A stretch of DNA of 49,743 bases. It comes from an uncultured bacterium. Lineage in GTDB: Bacteria > Actinomycetota > Acidimicrobiia > Spongiisociales > ZC4RG35. Position numbers and translations under genes: made by a program. Below are positions 47,068 to 49,743 of this stretch, piece after piece (position 1 is the stretch's first letter; every line of letters begins with the position of its first letter). The stretch lies in contig CBDTXZ010000002.1 in assembly GCA_965364515.1 (NCBI GenBank), positions 1 through 49,743 on the forward strand, in the 5' to 3' direction. Below the pieces are notes generated by a model. It was not told the DNA's origin. It worked only from the letters and a program-made list of their open reading frames with translations, and searched no databases.

Positions 47068-47844
47068 TCAGCCCAGCGAGCCCGAGGCGCCGACCACACC
47101 GCCGTCCACCGGCAGGATCACCCCGGTCAGCCAGCGGGCCTGTTCCGAACAGAGATAGGTGATCGCTGCCGCCACATCGATGGGCTCACCGAGCGCTTCG
47201 AGCGGGTGTGTCGATGCCGCAGCCTGCTCGTCGGCCGACCACAGCATCTCGGAGAGTCTGGTCTTGACGACACCGGGCGCAACCGCATTGACCCTGATCT
47301 CGGGCGCCAGCTCGAAGGCGAGTTGGTGGGTCATGTGAATGAGCGCCGCTTTGGAGATGTTGTAGGCGCCCATGATCGGGGCCGGTCGGAGACCGCCAAC
47401 CGAGGCCACGTTGACGATGGCGCCGCCGTTGTCCTTCATCCAATGGCGGTAGGCGGCGCGCGACCAGACGAGGGGCGCTCGCTGGTTGACAGCCCATGTC
47501 TTGTCGACGGCCCCCATGTCGACGGTTGCGAGCGGGCCGCCGGAAGGGTTCGTGCCGGCGTTGTTGACGAGGATGTCGATGGCACCGAATCGTTCGAGCG
47601 TCCGTGCCATCGTCTCCTCGGCAGCTTCGTCGGAATCGGCCCGCGCCGCGAGCGCCAACACACGATCTGCGGGCACTCCGGCGGCGATCAGCTCGTCCGA
47701 TGCATGCTCGACGTTCTCGGGCTTTCGAGAGGTGATCACGACTCCCTCGGCTCCACTCTCGGCGAGGACCCGGGCGGTCTCGAGCCCGATCCCCCTGCTC
47801 GCTCCGGTGACGATCGCCACTTTCCCGTCAACTCGCACGTCCAC
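47068..47844 (-). CDS. short-chain dehydrogenase/reductase (SDR), FabG-like
   Basis: TGASRGIG, NNAG and YxxxK (YNISKAAL) motifs. GTG start with GGAG upstream. Confidence 0.85.
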   Translation of the reverse strand: MDVRVDGKVAIVTGASRGIGLETARVLAESGAEGVVITSRKPENVEHASDELIAAGVPADRVLALAARADSDEAAEETMARTLERFGAIDILVNNAGTNPSGGPLATVDMGAVDKTWAVNQRAPLVWSRAAYRHWMKDNGGAIVNVASVGGLRPAPIMGAYNISKAALIHMTHQLAFELAPEIRVNAVAPGVVKTRLSEMLWSADEQAAASTHPLEALGEPIDVAAAITYLCSEQARWLTGVILPVDGGVVGASGSLG

Positions 47845-47944
47845 TTCGTCACTCCGTTGTCGCTCGGGGCGATCTTACGGACTGGGACGTGGACGATCGG
47901 GCTCGCGAACGAAACACGACCGACTGCACGTGATCGGATGTGGC

Positions 47945-48454
47945 TCAGTGCCCTCCACGCTTCACGCCGCCGTATTTCATGCGAGTGTCGCTCATGGCGG
48001 CGGCGCGCTGATCGGGATCACGGACGTCGGCAGCCACGAGCACGCCGATGAACAGCGTGTGGGTGCCGAGGTCGTGGCTCTGCACGACGCTGCATTCCAT
48101 CCACGCGATCGCCTCGTCGAAGATCGGGGCGCCGGTGACGCCATCGGTCACCGGCCGACCGTTCAATGCTCCATCCTCGTATTCCGCCGGCTTGGAGAAC
48201 TTCACGAAGGGCCGCGTGTCCTCACTCGACCAGAGGTTGACGGTGAACGAGCCGCCCTCGGAGATGAGCCGATGGGTGACCGCCTTGTTGTCGACTCCGA
48301 TCCCGATCAGCACGGGCTCCATCGACAACTGCGTGATCCAACTGGTTGTCATCCCGTTTCGTTCGTCACCCGATCGGGACCCGACGAGCGCGAGGGCGTT
48401 CGGGATCATCCAGGTGACTTTGTTGACGACTTCGTCCTGCAATTCGGCTGTCAT
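47945..48454 (-). CDS. flavin reductase-like (split-barrel FMN-binding) family protein
   Basis: ALALVGSRSGDERNGMTTSWITQLS is typical of the flavin reductase domain. ATG 48454 has GGAG 6 nt upstream. Confidence 0.65.
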   Translation of the reverse strand: MTAELQDEVVNKVTWMIPNALALVGSRSGDERNGMTTSWITQLSMEPVLIGIGVDNKAVTHRLISEGGSFTVNLWSSEDTRPFVKFSKPAEYEDGALNGRPVTDGVTGAPIFDEAIAWMECSVVQSHDLGTHTLFIGVLVAADVRDPDQRAAAMSDTRMKYGGVKRGGH

Positions 48455-48581
48455 GGGATCTCCGTGTTGGGGTCGACTCAACCGTACTCAGGGTCGGTGT
48501 GCCGACATAGTGAGCGACTTCGTGCGGCACCGGCACCATCGGCGAAGAACAAAGCCGTGGAGACGATCTAGTCTGCTCGCC

Positions 48582-49091
48582 GTGAACATCCTCATCGCCA
48601 CCACTGGTGTGCTTGGCCCGGCACCGGTCTCCCAACTCTGCGAGAAGCTCCTGGGTGACGATGGATCGGTGACCGTCATGACGGTGATCGAGATCCCTCA
48701 CACCTTTCTGGAGACGATGGACGAGAACGAGCGGCGGTCGTTCTTGAACTCGGGCGACTGGGAGACCGAGACCGCAGAGATGAAGGCCCTGACCTATCTC
48801 GAGGAGCGTGGACTGCGGGCAGTCGAGCCGATCGTGGCAGCGATGCGCGCGATCAATGTCGAACCGAGCATCACGTTCGTGGAAGGCGCCGACCCGGTGG
48901 ACGCAATCATCCGCACGGCACTGGACATCTCTGCAGACATGATCATCATGGGCGCAACTCGTCGGTTGTTCACCGAACAGGCGTGGACATCGGTCTCGGC
49001 CCGTGTGATGGATCGGGTTCATTGCCCTCTCGTCCTGGTTCCAGGAGCCCGCAACGACGACACCGCCGAGAAGTCGGACTCGAAGGACTGA
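48582..49091 (+). CDS. universal stress protein (UspA) family
   Basis: ILIATTG..., DMIIMGATRR...SVSARVMDRVHCPLVLVP Usp pattern. GTG start at 48582 (uncertain). The upstream part of track ORF 48048..49091 is a shadow of the flavin reductase gene. Confidence 0.7.
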   Translation: MNILIATTGVLGPAPVSQLCEKLLGDDGSVTVMTVIEIPHTFLETMDENERRSFLNSGDWETETAEMKALTYLEERGLRAVEPIVAAMRAINVEPSITFVEGADPVDAIIRTALDISADMIIMGATRRLFTEQAWTSVSARVMDRVHCPLVLVPGARNDDTAEKSDSKD

Positions 49092-49100
49092 GCCGGCTCT

Positions 49101-49562
49101 TCAGCCGCCGACCGTCACCACCATCGTCTCGCCGCAGTACCCCTCGACCGAGTCCCGGGCCGCCACGATCACCGATCCTTCAGACATCTCCACTCCACCG
49201 AGTGACCTGGTGAACGGTTGTTCGTCGACGTGTGGATGTGTGAGCTCTCGGACGCCGAGCACCTCGCCCGACTCGGACTCGATGCGCCATTCGTCGGCAT
49301 ACTTGTCCCACCCGGTGTCCGGTGATGACACCGTCACTGCAAACCGGTACGGGCCGTCACCGGTCACCTCGACGGCAACGACGTCGGCACAGCGTCGCTG
49401 TGAGGCCGTCGTGGTCTGAGCCGCAGCCTCCGATTGCTCCGCCGAGCTGCCTGCCGGCACGGAGCCCGGCGTCACCGTGACCGCCGTGGTTTCGGCGCCC
49501 CCACACGCGGCGACGAACGACGCCATCACGACAGCAAGGACGAGTCGGGTGCGGTTGCTCAT
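49101..49562 (-). CDS. putative lipoprotein
   Basis: MSNRTRLVLAVVMASFVAACGG signal with lipobox. The start is trimmed to ATG 49562. Confidence 0.55.
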   Translation of the reverse strand: MSNRTRLVLAVVMASFVAACGGAETTAVTVTPGSVPAGSSAEQSEAAAQTTTASQRRCADVVAVEVTGDGPYRFAVTVSSPDTGWDKYADEWRIESESGEVLGVRELTHPHVDEQPFTRSLGGVEMSEGSVIVAARDSVEGYCGETMVVTVGG

Positions 49563-49642
49563 GTTCCAATCCTGCCATGCGACTGCGATGTGCGACGACC
49601 CGGCGACGCAAACCGCACGTCGCATGGCGCAGACCAGCCGCA

Positions 49643-49743
49643 CGTGGAACGTGGAGCGTGGAGCGTGGAGCGTGGAGCGTGGAGCGTGGAGCGTGGGGCG
49701 TGGGATGTGGGGTGTGGGGTGTGAAGCGTGGGGCGTGGAGCGT
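49643..49743. repeat. tandem heptanucleotide array (CGTGGAG)n, at least 14 units, continuing past the window end
   Basis: The units are CGTGGAA, six perfect CGTGGAG (49650-49691), then CGTGGGG, CGTGGGA, TGTGGGG x2, TGTGAAG, CGTGGGG, CGTGGAG and a partial CGT at the window end. Confidence 0.9.

Noticed and set aside
49434-49724. + strand ORF encoding ERGAWSV repeats
   Set aside because: The peptide repeat is simply three heptanucleotide units read in frame. There is no SD and no credible N-terminus, and the array degenerates at the DNA level rather than the codon level.

Overview
GC-rich, densely coding chromosomal segment with actinobacterial gene content and order: aceB-aceA with a divergent RamB-like regulator, a 2-oxoacid dehydrogenase E1a/E1b/E2 operon, ftsK, rnj, dapA, dapB with an M16 peptidase, lhr-nei, and split cofG/cofH for the F420 precursor FO. 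The taxonomic placement is inference from gene order only. I call about 45 CDS. Most long ORFs lying opposite them are GC-driven shadow ORFs. Several track ORFs are too long at the 5' end, so I trimmed starts using stop/start overlaps (ATGA, GTGA) and Shine-Dalgarno motifs. I recognise no rRNA, tRNA, CRISPR array, transposase or integrase, so this looks like core chromosome, not a mobile island. Items that routine annotation does not explain: (1) A translationally coupled pair at 27517-30607, bracketed by structured repeats. It combines an HExxH + VWA (MIDAS) protein with a CobS/MoxR-like AAA+ ATPase whose Walker A and Walker B Mg-ligand residues appear swapped (GKD and SE instead of GK[ST] and DE). 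This is my best candidate for an uncharacterised system. (2) A family of CGTG-core heptamer repeats at three intergenic loci, including a tandem array of at least 14 units with a G-quadruplex motif that runs off the window end. (3) A fully coupled FeS (NrfC-like) - NrfD-like - monohaem cytochrome c operon with no catalytic subunit in view and an SD-led upstream mini-ORF. The cytochrome c gene is missing from the supplied ORF track because it runs off the window start. (4) A glyoxylate-shunt operon that carries an archaeal-type (type II) GAPDH-like dehydrogenase. (5) A subtilisin with a 16-unit Trp-pentapeptide (W-S-G-T/L-S) C-terminal tail. (6) A CofH with a roughly 250-aa N-terminal extension. 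All functional calls rest on motif and family recognition by eye. No database search was run.
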